Made by a program: the position numbers and the translations under genes. Positions 28,046 through 38,362 of a DNA stretch of 51,419 nucleotides are shown piece after piece. The first letter of the stretch is position 1, and each line of letters opens with the position of its first letter. This stretch comes from Chromatiaceae bacterium. GTDB lineage: Bacteria; Pseudomonadota; Gammaproteobacteria; SZUA-140. Where the stretch lies: NCBI GenBank assembly GCA_003232725.1, contig QIJH01000085.1, positions 1-51,419 on the forward strand. Reading direction: 5' to 3'. The notes below the pieces were generated by a model. That model was not told the origin of the DNA. It did not search any database and was given only the letters and a program-made list of their open reading frames with translations.

Positions 28046-30082
28046 ATGGCGTTGAAACACTTTTTAAAAGAACAAAACAAGCACACACTTCATATAAGCA
28101 TAGCGTTAGGGATCGTTATACTTTCAAGCTCTGGGCACATCAAAGCAAATGGAGGCGTGTTGTTTACTGATCTTGCCAGTGACAGCGCATCTGGGATTGA
28201 TTTCAGTCGCACAGGAGTACGTAATGACTCCTTCCTGGACGATACTTCTTCGTTTTCCCTTAAACAAGTAATGACTGGTTCGGTAAGGCTACCGCCGATG
28301 TTTACAGACGCCCCTGGAATAGCTCTGTTTGATTACGATAAAGACGGCGATCTGGATGCCTACGTAACCAACTATTCTGGTATAGCCAACAGCCTTTATT
28401 CTAATCAAAAAAATGAAACAGGAAAACTTACATTTCAGGATATGGGTCTGGCTGTCGGGGTAGACGCTACCACTCAGGACAGCACGGGGGTCTGTGCTGG
28501 CGACATAGATAATGACGGTGACGAAGATCTTCTGGTCCTTGGGGGAATTTCTCCAAACCGGTTATATGAAAACAATGCAGGACAAAACTTCATCGAGATT
28601 ACAAACCAAATAACTACCGACAAGGAAGGCGGCATTGCATCAGCCTGCTCCATGGGTGATGTAAATGGTGATGGGCTACTTGATTTTGTGGTCGCCAATT
28701 CGTACAAAATTCTAAGTACTGGGGGCATAGGGCCAGTATACAACACGCTGTTTATCAACCAAGGCAACAATACGTTCAAAGATGTCAGTGCTGCAGCGGG
28801 CATACACAATTATGAAGGAATCACTTGGGCCATTGCCTTGGTCGACTTGGATCTAGATGGAGATATGGACATAGTTGCTGCTGATGACTCCAACGGCTTT
28901 ATTCGCGTCCATAACAATGATGGCAACGGCAATTTCACAGATACTACCTATGACATAGCGACTAACCGGCCGGGATCTTGGATGGGGCTGGCATTTGCCG
29001 ATTTCAACAGCGACGGAAACATGGATATATTCGCCACCAACGTCGGGGACTATTTTGCCCAGGCATTTACCAATCTGCAATCACCTGGGGTTATACTCCC
29101 CCCCGGCATTGGTGCTTCGGGTTGGTTTTTAGGCCAGAACAACGGGACATTTATATTTCCGGGTACTGGTAGCCTTGGTGCTACCCCCTTTGGCTGGGGT
29201 ACGGGCTCAGCGGACTACGACAACGATGGTGACACCGACGTAGTCTATTACGGGGGAATGAACGCAGCCATGTTTGCTGATGCAACTAACCCCGGGGCCA
29301 TTTTGAGCAATGATGGCCATGCAAATTTTAACCGTGACTATATAGCGCTAAGCCAGTCTATCAATCATCAACGCCGCTCTGTACGCGGAGTAGCATTGGG
29401 TGACTTTGATGACAATGGCTTTATCGATATCGCATCAGTCTCCGCAATGGACTGGCCAGAACCTTTTCCATTAGTTCCTATCGTCCCGCTGACAAACGGC
29501 GGACAATTTGATGACGCGGCTCTGATGTGGCCCCAGTTTTCGCCAGTCGATCCAGAGGATCCGAGCCAAGGATACAGCTGGAACAATTACGACCCCATAA
29601 ACGGCGGAATGGCACTAGAGATGAATAGTGGAGGCAATGGCAACGCTTGGGTAAAGTTCGATGTAATGGGCAGTATTGACATCGTACCAGAGGCACAAGT
29701 AAACCGGAACGGGATAGGCGCAGTACTTAGTTTCTCTCCTCTGAGAGGGAAGACAGTAATGCGGCCCATCACGGCTGGATCGAGCCACGGATCCGCACAT
29801 AGCATGACAAGTCTGTTCGGCTTGGGTAAAAGCCACATGGGAAATGTAGAAATCATATGGCCAGGAGGGACAAAAAATAGACTCTATGGCGTAAAGGCTG
29901 GTGAACGACTGTTACTACCTGAAATACCCTGCAGCTATGATGACAGCTCTATAACCGGTTCTGAATATAGAAAATGCACCATAGGCTCACTACGAAAACT
30001 TGTGAAGAATGAGATACTGTCAATTTCGGAAGCTATTAGATTTTTTTTTAGTGCGATTAGAGCACGCAGGGCTACGCTATAA
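28046..30082 (+). CDS. FG-GAP/VCBS-repeat protein with a C-terminal ASPIC/UnbV domain (CRTAC1 family)
   Basis: There are at least seven D-x-D/N-x-DG-x-x-D Ca-binding repeats (DYDKDGDLD, DIDNDGDED, DVNGDGLLD, DLDLDGDMD, DFNSDGNMD, DYDNDGDTD, DFDDNGFID). An UnbV-like segment follows (NRNGIGAVLSF..GSSHGS..LFGLG). A signal peptide is present. Confidence 0.85.
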   Translation: MALKHFLKEQNKHTLHISIALGIVILSSSGHIKANGGVLFTDLASDSASGIDFSRTGVRNDSFLDDTSSFSLKQVMTGSVRLPPMFTDAPGIALFDYDKDGDLDAYVTNYSGIANSLYSNQKNETGKLTFQDMGLAVGVDATTQDSTGVCAGDIDNDGDEDLLVLGGISPNRLYENNAGQNFIEITNQITTDKEGGIASACSMGDVNGDGLLDFVVANSYKILSTGGIGPVYNTLFINQGNNTFKDVSAAAGIHNYEGITWAIALVDLDLDGDMDIVAADDSNGFIRVHNNDGNGNFTDTTYDIATNRPGSWMGLAFADFNSDGNMDIFATNVGDYFAQAFTNLQSPGVILPPGIGASGWFLGQNNGTFIFPGTGSLGATPFGWGTGSADYDNDGDTDVVYYGGMNAAMFADATNPGAILSNDGHANFNRDYIALSQSINHQRRSVRGVALGDFDDNGFIDIASVSAMDWPEPFPLVPIVPLTNGGQFDDAALMWPQFSPVDPEDPSQGYSWNNYDPINGGMALEMNSGGNGNAWVKFDVMGSIDIVPEAQVNRNGIGAVLSFSPLRGKTVMRPITAGSSHGSAHSMTSLFGLGKSHMGNVEIIWPGGTKNRLYGVKAGERLLLPEIPCSYDDSSITGSEYRKCTIGSLRKLVKNEILSISEAIRFFFSAIRARRATL

Positions 30083-30215
30083 TATAACCGTATAGAAAAT
30101 CACCTCGAGCGAACAGTCCGAAAAATAGCATAATAAGGGTTTTGAATAGGCATCTTTCCGTATAACAATATTGACTAAATAATCGACCCTGAAAAACCCA
30201 TATTCAATGGCAGTG

Positions 30216-30450
30216 TTACCATTGATCTGCCAGGCTGATTATCCAGGAATATATCTGCTCGATATTCGCAAGCCAAAAATAGACCTCTCGCATCCACTTC
30301 TTGAAGTTGAATGCGGCAGCCGCCATTAGCAGGTTGATTTGATCGCCCGTAAACCCCTTTAAAAAATTGCGGTTGAGTCGGCGATCAGACTTTAAAATCC
30401 TATCACCGGTTCTATGGACGCACCTCAAGGAAAGCGTTTGCACATTTCAT
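30216..30450 (-). mobile_element. IS5-family transposase C-terminal remnant (frameshifted)
   Basis: The ORF reads ..LKSDRRLNRNFLKGFTGDQINLLMAAAAFNFKKW... The conserved preceding IEPVIG motif is present at 30398..30424, but in a different frame. Neither an N-terminal transposase part nor IS ends are evident. Confidence 0.65.
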
Positions 30451-30996
30451 CAAATAATTTTTAGCGAAGTAACGACACAATCGTAGAAAATAACGGTCAT
30501 ATCGTAAGACACGTGGCCACATCAAGCCATTCCACTCATTTAATTTTCCCGCTAGCGTGATGCACGCTTTTTTCTGACATAATCCTACTCTGCCTCACCC
30601 ATCTAGCCGCCACTCAGCATGGAACCAAGAGATAAAAACATGCTTCACAAAAAATACTCAAAACAAAAATGGCTATGCGTGTGAAAATAGTTTCATTAAT
30701 TAAAATATTAATATAGCCAATCGAGAAACCTCTTAAACTGTATAAAAATCTCTATAGACTTTATTGCCACCATGACATCATAAAAAACTCAGTTATTTTT
30801 TACACGCCCTAAAATTCTGCGGGTTTCATCACACAAATGTAAAAAAAATGGATAATAATTTTAGGAAATAATATACTTCCACATGGAAAATAAGATAATC
30901 AGAAGCGCTTTTAGGAATGAAGTTATTTTATAATTTGCACATGTTGCTATTTTTAAAGTAAATGATCATGTGCCACGTCTTATCAGGTGAAGTCAA

Positions 30997-31785
30997 ATGG
31001 AATCGACTACAGACCTCTTTTCGGATACACAGATAGTTCAGCTAACTAAGTCATTTTCTGTCATCAAAACAAGCTTACAAGCAACCACCAGGGAAGATAT
31101 TTCCGAAATACTCAACCAAGTTAAAGTTACTTTAGGTTGTCACAGCATACACTGCCTCGTCCATGAAGCGAGCTACAGCCATGCAACCACAATCATTAGC
31201 TCTATTGAGAGCCCGCCCCACAGCCTATCGTTCAGAAATCACCTGAAAAATAAACTTCTTACCGACAATCCTGTTATTAAGGAGTCTCTAGAAAGTGGAA
31301 AAGCCGTTGTATGGAGCGATTCACTCAATCATGCCTGTTACTCAAAAAAATATTCATCATATATGAATATTCTAAATAAATTTGGCATTTGCAATGCCAT
31401 CACTTTTCCTTACAACGGAGATAGCTGCAAAACTAAACCCACTCTGCTAAACGTAATGCTAACATCTAAAAATTTAGTGCTATCTAGTCGAAAAATAGAC
31501 AAACGTTTTATTCAATACATAGGGGTTTTGCTTGGTTACGTAAATGAAGGAATTATACGAATTTGTTTCTCTCATAAGTCTCACCAAGAAAATTACAACC
31601 TTACCGCTAGAGAGATTCAGGTCCTCGACTGGGCAAGTAAGGGGAAGACTGCTTGGGAAATCGCCAACATTCTGTCGATCTCTGAAAGAACAGTGAAATA
31701 TCATTTATCCAAAATTTATTCAAAGCTTAATGCAGTCAATCGCCAGCAAGCCGTTGCCATCGCGGTGCAGTACGGCATAGTTTGA
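30997..31785 (+). CDS. LuxR-family transcriptional regulator (ligand-binding-like N-domain plus HTH), no adjacent luxI
   Basis: The C-terminus reads LTAREIQVLDWASKGKTAWEIANILSISERTVKYHLSKIYSKLNAVNRQQAV, a LuxR/GerE HTH. The roughly 190-aa N-terminal domain has the size of an autoinducer-binding domain. Confidence 0.85.
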   Translation: MESTTDLFSDTQIVQLTKSFSVIKTSLQATTREDISEILNQVKVTLGCHSIHCLVHEASYSHATTIISSIESPPHSLSFRNHLKNKLLTDNPVIKESLESGKAVVWSDSLNHACYSKKYSSYMNILNKFGICNAITFPYNGDSCKTKPTLLNVMLTSKNLVLSSRKIDKRFIQYIGVLLGYVNEGIIRICFSHKSHQENYNLTAREIQVLDWASKGKTAWEIANILSISERTVKYHLSKIYSKLNAVNRQQAVAIAVQYGIV

Positions 31786-32120
31786 TCGGCATATTAAGTT
31801 ATGGCGCCCCCCAATTTAACCTTGAGTGATGGCACGTCAAACGACTTGAAAAAACATGAGTAAACCACGAAAAAAGGCGATACATGCAGTTAAATACAAC
31901 CAAATGAGCAGTAATCTAAAAGAAATACTGTTACGCTTATCAAGGAGAAATGCCTCATAAAACAGAGTTCCCATCTCTATCCATCTCTCCTGCCACCATC
32001 AAACAGGAATTAAGTATTATGAAGAAAATGAAACCCGATACCGGCACACATACTCGGGGAGGAATTAAGCGTAGCGATGTATATTTTGGGCTACAACAGC
32101 CCGTCCCCTCCAGTTAACAT

Positions 32121-33359
32121 TTGATTTATCACATGTTTCCCACCGCGAAAGTTGTCCTGCCTATCGTTATCGTTATAATCGGCTTCGCTGCGGCATTGCA
32201 GATCACCTCATATACACCACAGGCAGCCGCAGTACCTAATTCGACAACCCGTACAGCAGACGTATTCACCGTTGAGGTACTTAACGTCGCTTTACAGGAA
32301 GTTCGTATCCCTATACGAAGCCAGGGCCGCATCATTCCCCGAACCACTATAGATCTGTCTGCAGAAATTTCCGGTAAAGTCACTGAAATCGACCCCGATT
32401 TTGCTGCCGGGGGGCGCTTCAAAAAAAATGACACCCTTGTCAAAATCGATGATCGAGATTATAAACTGGCAATCGTCAAAGCAGAGGCGATTATTGCCAG
32501 CGCTCGGGCTCGCCTGACAAAAGCCGACGCGGAGTACCAACAAAAACAGAAGGAATACTACGCCCAAGGTTTGGAGGATGTCCCCCCTTATGCCCTGCGC
32601 AAACCTCAATATGATGAAGCATTAGCCAACATGAAGGCTGCCGAGGCAGATCTGGAGTTGGCAAAACTTGCCCTAGAGCGCACTCGGGTAACAGCACCGT
32701 TTGACGGACGTGTCGTAGAAACAACGACAGATGTCGGCCGCTATGTGACCCGCGGCACCGCACTGGGGAAGATATACGCAATGGATGTGGTAGAGGTCTA
32801 CCTGCCAGTATCACAACGGCAGGCACACATGCTCGAACTCCCTCAAGGCACCTCGCTAGACCAAAGCCCACTACGTGTTTCACTTACTGAGATCTTCTCG
32901 GGTAAAGGGCACACCTGGTCAGCACGCGTCGTCAGAACCAGTGCCACAGTGAGCGAAAATAATCAGTTATTATATTTAATCGCCCAAGTAGACACCCCTT
33001 ATTTTTCACAAGATACCAATGATGGACAACAGTCTCTGACAATCGGTACGTTTGTAACGGCAGAACTACAAAGCAAACCGCTTACTGATATAGTTGTTTT
33101 ACCCCGCCAAGCATTAGGCGAAAACAAATTCGTATGGGTGGTTGATGACCATTCAACTCTGCGCAAGCGCCAAGTTGAAATCGCTTACCTGGGCAAGCAT
33201 AATGCCTATATCAATGGCTTAGCACCAGGCACCCGCGTGGTCGTCAGCACCTTAGAGGGCGTCTTAGAGGGCATTACCATACGTATAACCAGAACACATG
33301 AACCCACCACCGCCACTGAATCACTAGCAAAACCGGCGGCCAAACCTTCGACTCTGTGA
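32121..33359 (+). CDS. RND efflux periplasmic adaptor (membrane fusion protein)
   Basis: The ORF has an N-terminal TM anchor, a lipoyl/hairpin coiled-coil region (AEADLELAKLALERTRVTAPFDG) and a beta-barrel C-terminus. The likely start is the ATG at 32133. Confidence 0.88.
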   Translation: MIYHMFPTAKVVLPIVIVIIGFAAALQITSYTPQAAAVPNSTTRTADVFTVEVLNVALQEVRIPIRSQGRIIPRTTIDLSAEISGKVTEIDPDFAAGGRFKKNDTLVKIDDRDYKLAIVKAEAIIASARARLTKADAEYQQKQKEYYAQGLEDVPPYALRKPQYDEALANMKAAEADLELAKLALERTRVTAPFDGRVVETTTDVGRYVTRGTALGKIYAMDVVEVYLPVSQRQAHMLELPQGTSLDQSPLRVSLTEIFSGKGHTWSARVVRTSATVSENNQLLYLIAQVDTPYFSQDTNDGQQSLTIGTFVTAELQSKPLTDIVVLPRQALGENKFVWVVDDHSTLRKRQVEIAYLGKHNAYINGLAPGTRVVVSTLEGVLEGITIRITRTHEPTTATESLAKPAAKPSTL

Positions 33360-33374
33360 AACAGATCAAATCAC

Positions 33375-36300
33375 GTGAAATATTTGAACATGTTAATCAA
33401 ATGGTTCTCCAACAACCGTGTCGCCGCCAATTTCCTGATGCTGATTATCATCGTCGGTGGATTACTGTCTCTTCCCGACCTCAAGAAAGAGGTCATCCCC
33501 AATGCCGCGTTAAATATGATACAAATCCATATCACTTATCCCGGCGCCGCCCCCAAAGAAGTGGAGCAATCTATATGCATGCGACTTGAAGAGGCGATTT
33601 TTAATCTGAGCGGGGTCAACGAGTTAATAACCAGGGCCAAAGAGGGGCAGTGTGGTGCCCTGGTAAAAGTGGCTGCCGGATTTGATCCTCGTTTTCTTCA
33701 GGATGCGATACGATCACGGGTCGAGGCTATTAACGATTTCCCCGCTGAAGCTGAACAGGCAGTCATCACTGAAATGTTTATTCGCACGCCTGTCATTAGC
33801 GTCGTCATATATGGGGAAAACAATGAAAAAACATTAAAAAATTTCTTGCAAAAAACACAGTTCGAATTACAGAGTTTACCCTCAGTAAGCCAAGTGGAAA
33901 TTAACAACGTTAAACCCTATGAAATCTCTATTGAGGTCTCGGATGTTGCCCTAAGATTGCATGACTTAACATTTTCCGAGGTAGCTGAGGCGATAAGGTC
34001 TAACTCAATAGATCTCGCCGGGGGCATGATCAACAGCCCTAATGGAAACATAGCACTTAAAACACAGGGCCAGGCCTATACGGGAAAAGAATTTGAACAG
34101 ATTCCAATACGCGCAGTTAAAGATGGCTCATACTTACAGGTAAATGACATCGCCACGGTAGTCGACGAGTTTAAACAGTCAGACCGAGAGAGCCACTATA
34201 ATGGTTACAAGGCGGGGTTATTAACCGTCTACCGTGTCGGCAATCAAAATATTCTTTCGCTCAGCAATGAAGTCAAGGAGTACGTCAAAAAAACCAATCA
34301 TGATTTACCCGCCGGTATTGGGGTAGAGATTTGGCAGGATCATTCACAGATGTTTACGAGTCGCCTTGAACTCTTAACCAAGAGCGCCCTGATGGGCCTA
34401 ACCCTGGTATTAATGGTCTTGGTTATTTTTTTACGCTGGCGTGTGGCCATTTGGGTAAGCATGGGTATTGTGGTCTCTTTTATGGGCACTCTGTTTCTGC
34501 TCGTCATCCTCGGGCAATCGATCAATATGATCTCCATGTTTGCCTTTATCCTGGTGCTGGGAATAGTCGTAGACGATGCCATTATCGTCAGTGAAAGCAT
34601 ATTTACCCAACAACGAAAGGGGGTTACTGGCATCGCCGGTGCCGTAGCTGGCACTTTAGCGGTAGCCAAACCGGTCACCGTATCAGCACTTACTACGATG
34701 CTCGCATTTTCGCCTATTTTATTTTTACCCGGCATTTCGGGCAGCCTCTGGAGCATCATCGCGATCGTGGTTATTGCAACTCTGGCCTTCTCTTTAATAG
34801 AGTCCTTACTGATACTGCCCACTCATTTGTCCGGCAGTGCCACTCCTCACAACAATACCAAACGCCCATTCAGCCGCCTGGCACGATTACAAGAAAGCTT
34901 TGTGACGCGGAGTGAACAATTCGTCTCAGAAACCTATAAAAACATACTGGCTGTGATATTACGATGGCGTTATGCAACAATCGCCCTTGCATTCACTGTT
35001 TTTGTTATCTCCGTGGCCCTGGTGGCGGGGGGGCGCTTACCTTTGGTATTTTTCCCCCAAATGGAGGGTGACATGATAGTCGCAAGTGTAAAACTACCTT
35101 CGAACAGCACATTAGATCAAACTCAGAAAGTCTTAAGCACCCTGGAATCTGCTGCCAGAACGTTACAACAAAGCCCCCAGAATCAAGATGGCGTTATCCG
35201 GGCCACCTTAACAACCCTGGGCGCTCAACCACAGAGCGGGGGAGCAGAAACAGAGAGCATCAGCAACATTGGCGAAGTCGCTCTAGAACTGATCCCAGCC
35301 GATTCTCGCCATTTGAGTGGCACGGAGATTATTCAACGTTGGCGAGATTCAGCTGGAACACTTCCTTTCGACGCCAAGGTCATTTTTAGTTCGACCTTAG
35401 ACCCTAAGACGCCTGACATTGCTCTTATATTGTCCGGCCGAGATCCCGAACAACTCCAGCAAGCAGCCAAACAACTTAAAGAACATTTGCGCACCGATCC
35501 CACCATATACAACATAAAAGATTCAATGGAGGATAAGATGAGCGAGGTGCGCGTGCAACTAAAACCTTACGCCAACAACCTCGGACTGGATACAACCTCC
35601 CTGGCTCGACAAGTCCGCCAGGCTTTCTACGGTGAAGAGGTGCAGAGCATACTCAGAGGATCCGAAGAAGTGAAAGTCTTTGTCCGTTATACCGCTGATG
35701 AACGACAGTCTCTCTACACTTTGGAAAACATGACCATTCGCTTGAACAATGGCGACAACGTACCTATAGCAGCGGTAGCTGATTTTATTTATGGATACAC
35801 CCCTAAGGAAATCCGCCGCGTAGATGGTGAACGGGTTATAACGGTAAGTGGTTATGTGGACCACGCCATTACCACTCCCGGCCATGTTATGCATACACTA
35901 GATGAACATTTTTGGGCAGACTTTGAATACCGCTATCCAGATATAAAGCGACACCTGTCAGGCAGCCAGGAGGAACAAAGCGATATTATTGCAGCGCTTA
36001 TAAAAGGACTATTTCTAGCGGTGTTGGCCATTTATGGACTGATAGCGGTGTCATTTCGCTCATATAGCCAGCCATTGATCATACTGGCTGCAATACCAAT
36101 GGGATTTGTAGGTGCAGTCGCAGGACATTTCCTCTTGGATCTACAGCTTAGCGTTCTCTCCCTGTGCGGGGTCATCGCCGTCGCGGGCGTGGTCGTCAAC
36201 GATAATCTGGTATTAGTCGAGTATATCAACCGGGCCAGAGACAAAGGAAGCGATTTATTTGAAGCGGTTAGCCAAGCCGGAATTGCCCGGTTTCGGCCTA

Positions 36301-36539
36301 TTATATTGACATCCGTGACGACATTTTTCGGACTGCTACCCCTAATGCTGGAACGCAGTACTCAGGCCCAGTTTTTAGTCCCTATGGCAGCTTCGTTGGC
36401 GTTTGGTGTACTGTTTGCCACCATAGTGACTCTGCTGGCCGTACCCGCCGCTTATATCATTGTGGAAGATCTGAAGAAGCTGATTACATTGCCTGTAAAA
36501 AAAATCGCCAAGAAGCGGCGGCAATATAGTAATGCTTAG
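33375..36539 (+). CDS. RND family efflux permease (AcrB/AcrD/AcrF type)
   Basis: The 1054-aa ORF has 12 TM segments and two large periplasmic loops. It carries the conserved GIVVDDAIIV and AGVVVNDNLVLV motifs. Confidence 0.92.
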   Translation: MKYLNMLIKWFSNNRVAANFLMLIIIVGGLLSLPDLKKEVIPNAALNMIQIHITYPGAAPKEVEQSICMRLEEAIFNLSGVNELITRAKEGQCGALVKVAAGFDPRFLQDAIRSRVEAINDFPAEAEQAVITEMFIRTPVISVVIYGENNEKTLKNFLQKTQFELQSLPSVSQVEINNVKPYEISIEVSDVALRLHDLTFSEVAEAIRSNSIDLAGGMINSPNGNIALKTQGQAYTGKEFEQIPIRAVKDGSYLQVNDIATVVDEFKQSDRESHYNGYKAGLLTVYRVGNQNILSLSNEVKEYVKKTNHDLPAGIGVEIWQDHSQMFTSRLELLTKSALMGLTLVLMVLVIFLRWRVAIWVSMGIVVSFMGTLFLLVILGQSINMISMFAFILVLGIVVDDAIIVSESIFTQQRKGVTGIAGAVAGTLAVAKPVTVSALTTMLAFSPILFLPGISGSLWSIIAIVVIATLAFSLIESLLILPTHLSGSATPHNNTKRPFSRLARLQESFVTRSEQFVSETYKNILAVILRWRYATIALAFTVFVISVALVAGGRLPLVFFPQMEGDMIVASVKLPSNSTLDQTQKVLSTLESAARTLQQSPQNQDGVIRATLTTLGAQPQSGGAETESISNIGEVALELIPADSRHLSGTEIIQRWRDSAGTLPFDAKVIFSSTLDPKTPDIALILSGRDPEQLQQAAKQLKEHLRTDPTIYNIKDSMEDKMSEVRVQLKPYANNLGLDTTSLARQVRQAFYGEEVQSILRGSEEVKVFVRYTADERQSLYTLENMTIRLNNGDNVPIAAVADFIYGYTPKEIRRVDGERVITVSGYVDHAITTPGHVMHTLDEHFWADFEYRYPDIKRHLSGSQEEQSDIIAALIKGLFLAVLAIYGLIAVSFRSYSQPLIILAAIPMGFVGAVAGHFLLDLQLSVLSLCGVIAVAGVVVNDNLVLVEYINRARDKGSDLFEAVSQAGIARFRPIILTSVTTFFGLLPLMLERSTQAQFLVPMAASLAFGVLFATIVTLLAVPAAYIIVEDLKKLITLPVKKIAKKRRQYSNA

Positions 36540-36700
36540 GGTTTAAAAGGCCAGCTGAGCGCTAGTAAATATAATCACAAGGGAGGTAATCACAATCTAC
36601 TTGTGCATAGTTTCATCCTTACCACTCACCCTCATCCACTCTCTTTTCTACTGTGACAGCCCAATGGCACGCCCTGCCTTGGGAATAAATAATTGGATAC

Positions 36701-37417
36701 TCAGAGTCCAGCTGGAAGGACAACTTTAAAGAAATCTGAATACACTTTGGTTTTAACCTGATGATGATCGCTGAAAAAAGCGCGGCCGGAGATCTTTTCC
36801 TCAGAGGATAACATTGCCATGGGCCCACCGGGGATAACCGCTCCTATTTCCATAACAATCTCAAAATAGGAAAAACTGACCAGAGGATTAACGTTAAAAG
36901 GCTGAGGCGCAAAAAGTCGATAAGACAGAAACCGGGCTGGTGCCTTACCAATCCGTGTTGCACCGACCAATTTTTGTTCATATCCCTTTTCGCCCATCAT
37001 CCCCGGGGCAACCGGAGCATGAACAGTCAGCTCCGCTTCATGATTTTCAACCAGCATGGGGTTTTCACCGACAAGATCAAAGGGACGATCAAGTAATATA
37101 TCAAGATCCGCATTATCTGAATGGGAAATTTCCTTAAACAGAGCAAACTCATCATCACTGATGCCTGACAATTCAGGTGATACCAACTTCCAGCGTTTTC
37201 CTTTGGAGACCCGGGGATCAAAACCGGCAACAATGACTTTATTCCCTGTCTGGACCTTTACAGTAAATCCCCAACGACTACCTTTTACTTCACGGGATTT
37301 TACATCGTTCACCGCAGCGTCGATCAAGACCGCCAACGTTTCCGAGTCCACCGATGCAGCACTCCCCGCCGACGCAACAACGAGCATAATGATGCCAATC
37401 CCTCCTCTTAAAATCAC
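36701..37417 (-). CDS. Exported hypothetical protein
   Basis: The 238-aa ORF has a signal peptide. It lies 6 nt downstream of the MipA/OmpV gene on the same strand. Confidence 0.5.
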   Translation of the reverse strand: MILRGGIGIIMLVVASAGSAASVDSETLAVLIDAAVNDVKSREVKGSRWGFTVKVQTGNKVIVAGFDPRVSKGKRWKLVSPELSGISDDEFALFKEISHSDNADLDILLDRPFDLVGENPMLVENHEAELTVHAPVAPGMMGEKGYEQKLVGATRIGKAPARFLSYRLFAPQPFNVNPLVSFSYFEIVMEIGAVIPGGPMAMLSSEEKISGRAFFSDHHQVKTKVYSDFFKVVLPAGL

Positions 37418-37423
37418 GGGCCA

Positions 37424-38284
37424 CTACCGTTCAAACTGATATAACAGACCGAAAAAAAACGTGGTCTGGAAATCACGCTCGACGATGGGACTGCGGGTAA
37501 TCTCATCGCTTAACCATTCGTGTTTAAATGATGCACTGCCACGCCACTGATTGCCAAAGTCATAGCTGAAATTAAGCCCCAAATTCATGTTAAGCGCAGA
37601 ATCGCCCAGATAGGCGGGGCGCCCTAACGTCGCTTCACCGGCACGAACACCATAATAATAATCCACTAACTCATGGTTTTTCATAGACACACCTACCACC
37701 CCACCTATACTGGCACGATTGCTAAGTTCAAACACATGGTCAGCCCCCAATTGAATTTCATAACCGTTGTGAGTATTGGTTATGTCCATAGCAGCGGACA
37801 TAAAAAGCGCGGCAAAACGAAACTCCAAACCTAACTCAAAAGCGCCATCACGCCCCTCCATGCCTGCAAGCAGAGGGCTGTTAGAATCTTCGTCAAACCC
37901 TTCAAAACGATAGTTTACCGTACCGGCCAGGAAGAATGGCAACGTTTTACCTCGCAGGAGTTTATAGTTGAGATACGGCCCCATCCATATAATATTCTCA
38001 CCGATATAACCCACTATCGGATATATTGGTGAAACCGTATCAGCATCTCCTATAAATGGATTTGGACCCTCTACCGCAGCAAAACCGGCAACCCAACCCG
38101 GCGGGGCACGCTCACTGAATCCTAATGGCGCAGTGCTTGCCATTAAGGGAGGAATTGCGAACAAGAGCCCCCCCCCGATACAGCACTGATAGTACCTAAT
38201 CCCGAAGCCTTTCCATCTTGTTTGCAAGAGGGAAAGGAATTGATGCATAAGCTTTGCACACATGGAAACCCAGGTCATAGACAT
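37424..38284 (-). CDS. MipA/OmpV family outer-membrane protein
   Basis: The ORF shows a beta-barrel alternation pattern and a C-terminus ..FFFGLLYQFER ending in an aromatic residue plus x. It resembles the second paralog at 47006..47842. Confidence 0.75.
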   Translation of the reverse strand: MSMTWVSMCAKLMHQFLSLLQTRWKGFGIRYYQCCIGGGLLFAIPPLMASTAPLGFSERAPPGWVAGFAAVEGPNPFIGDADTVSPIYPIVGYIGENIIWMGPYLNYKLLRGKTLPFFLAGTVNYRFEGFDEDSNSPLLAGMEGRDGAFELGLEFRFAALFMSAAMDITNTHNGYEIQLGADHVFELSNRASIGGVVGVSMKNHELVDYYYGVRAGEATLGRPAYLGDSALNMNLGLNFSYDFGNQWRGSASFKHEWLSDEITRSPIVERDFQTTFFFGLLYQFER

Positions 38285-38362
38285 ATCAATACTTTACTCG
38301 GTCAAAACACTGAGGAGATGATAACGCAGTATAAAATCATATGCGGAAAGCATCTTCACTAT

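Noticed and set aside
30451-30600. An open frame ..GKLNEWNGLMWPRVLRYDRYFLRLCRYFAKNYLMKCANAFLEVRP* upstream of the IS5 remnant, considered as a further transposase fragment.
   Set aside because: It has no start codon and I recognise no transposase motif in it. It may be more IS debris, but I cannot support that from the sequence alone.
31950-32117. A 55-aa ORF (MPHKTEFPSLSISPATIKQELSIMKKMKPDTGTHTRGGIKRSDVYFGLQQPVPSS) between luxR and the RND adaptor gene, and a 34-aa ORF at about 31858.
   Set aside because: The AGGAG lies only 2-3 nt from the ATG, which is too close. The composition is unremarkable and there is no supporting context. It cannot be distinguished from chance.
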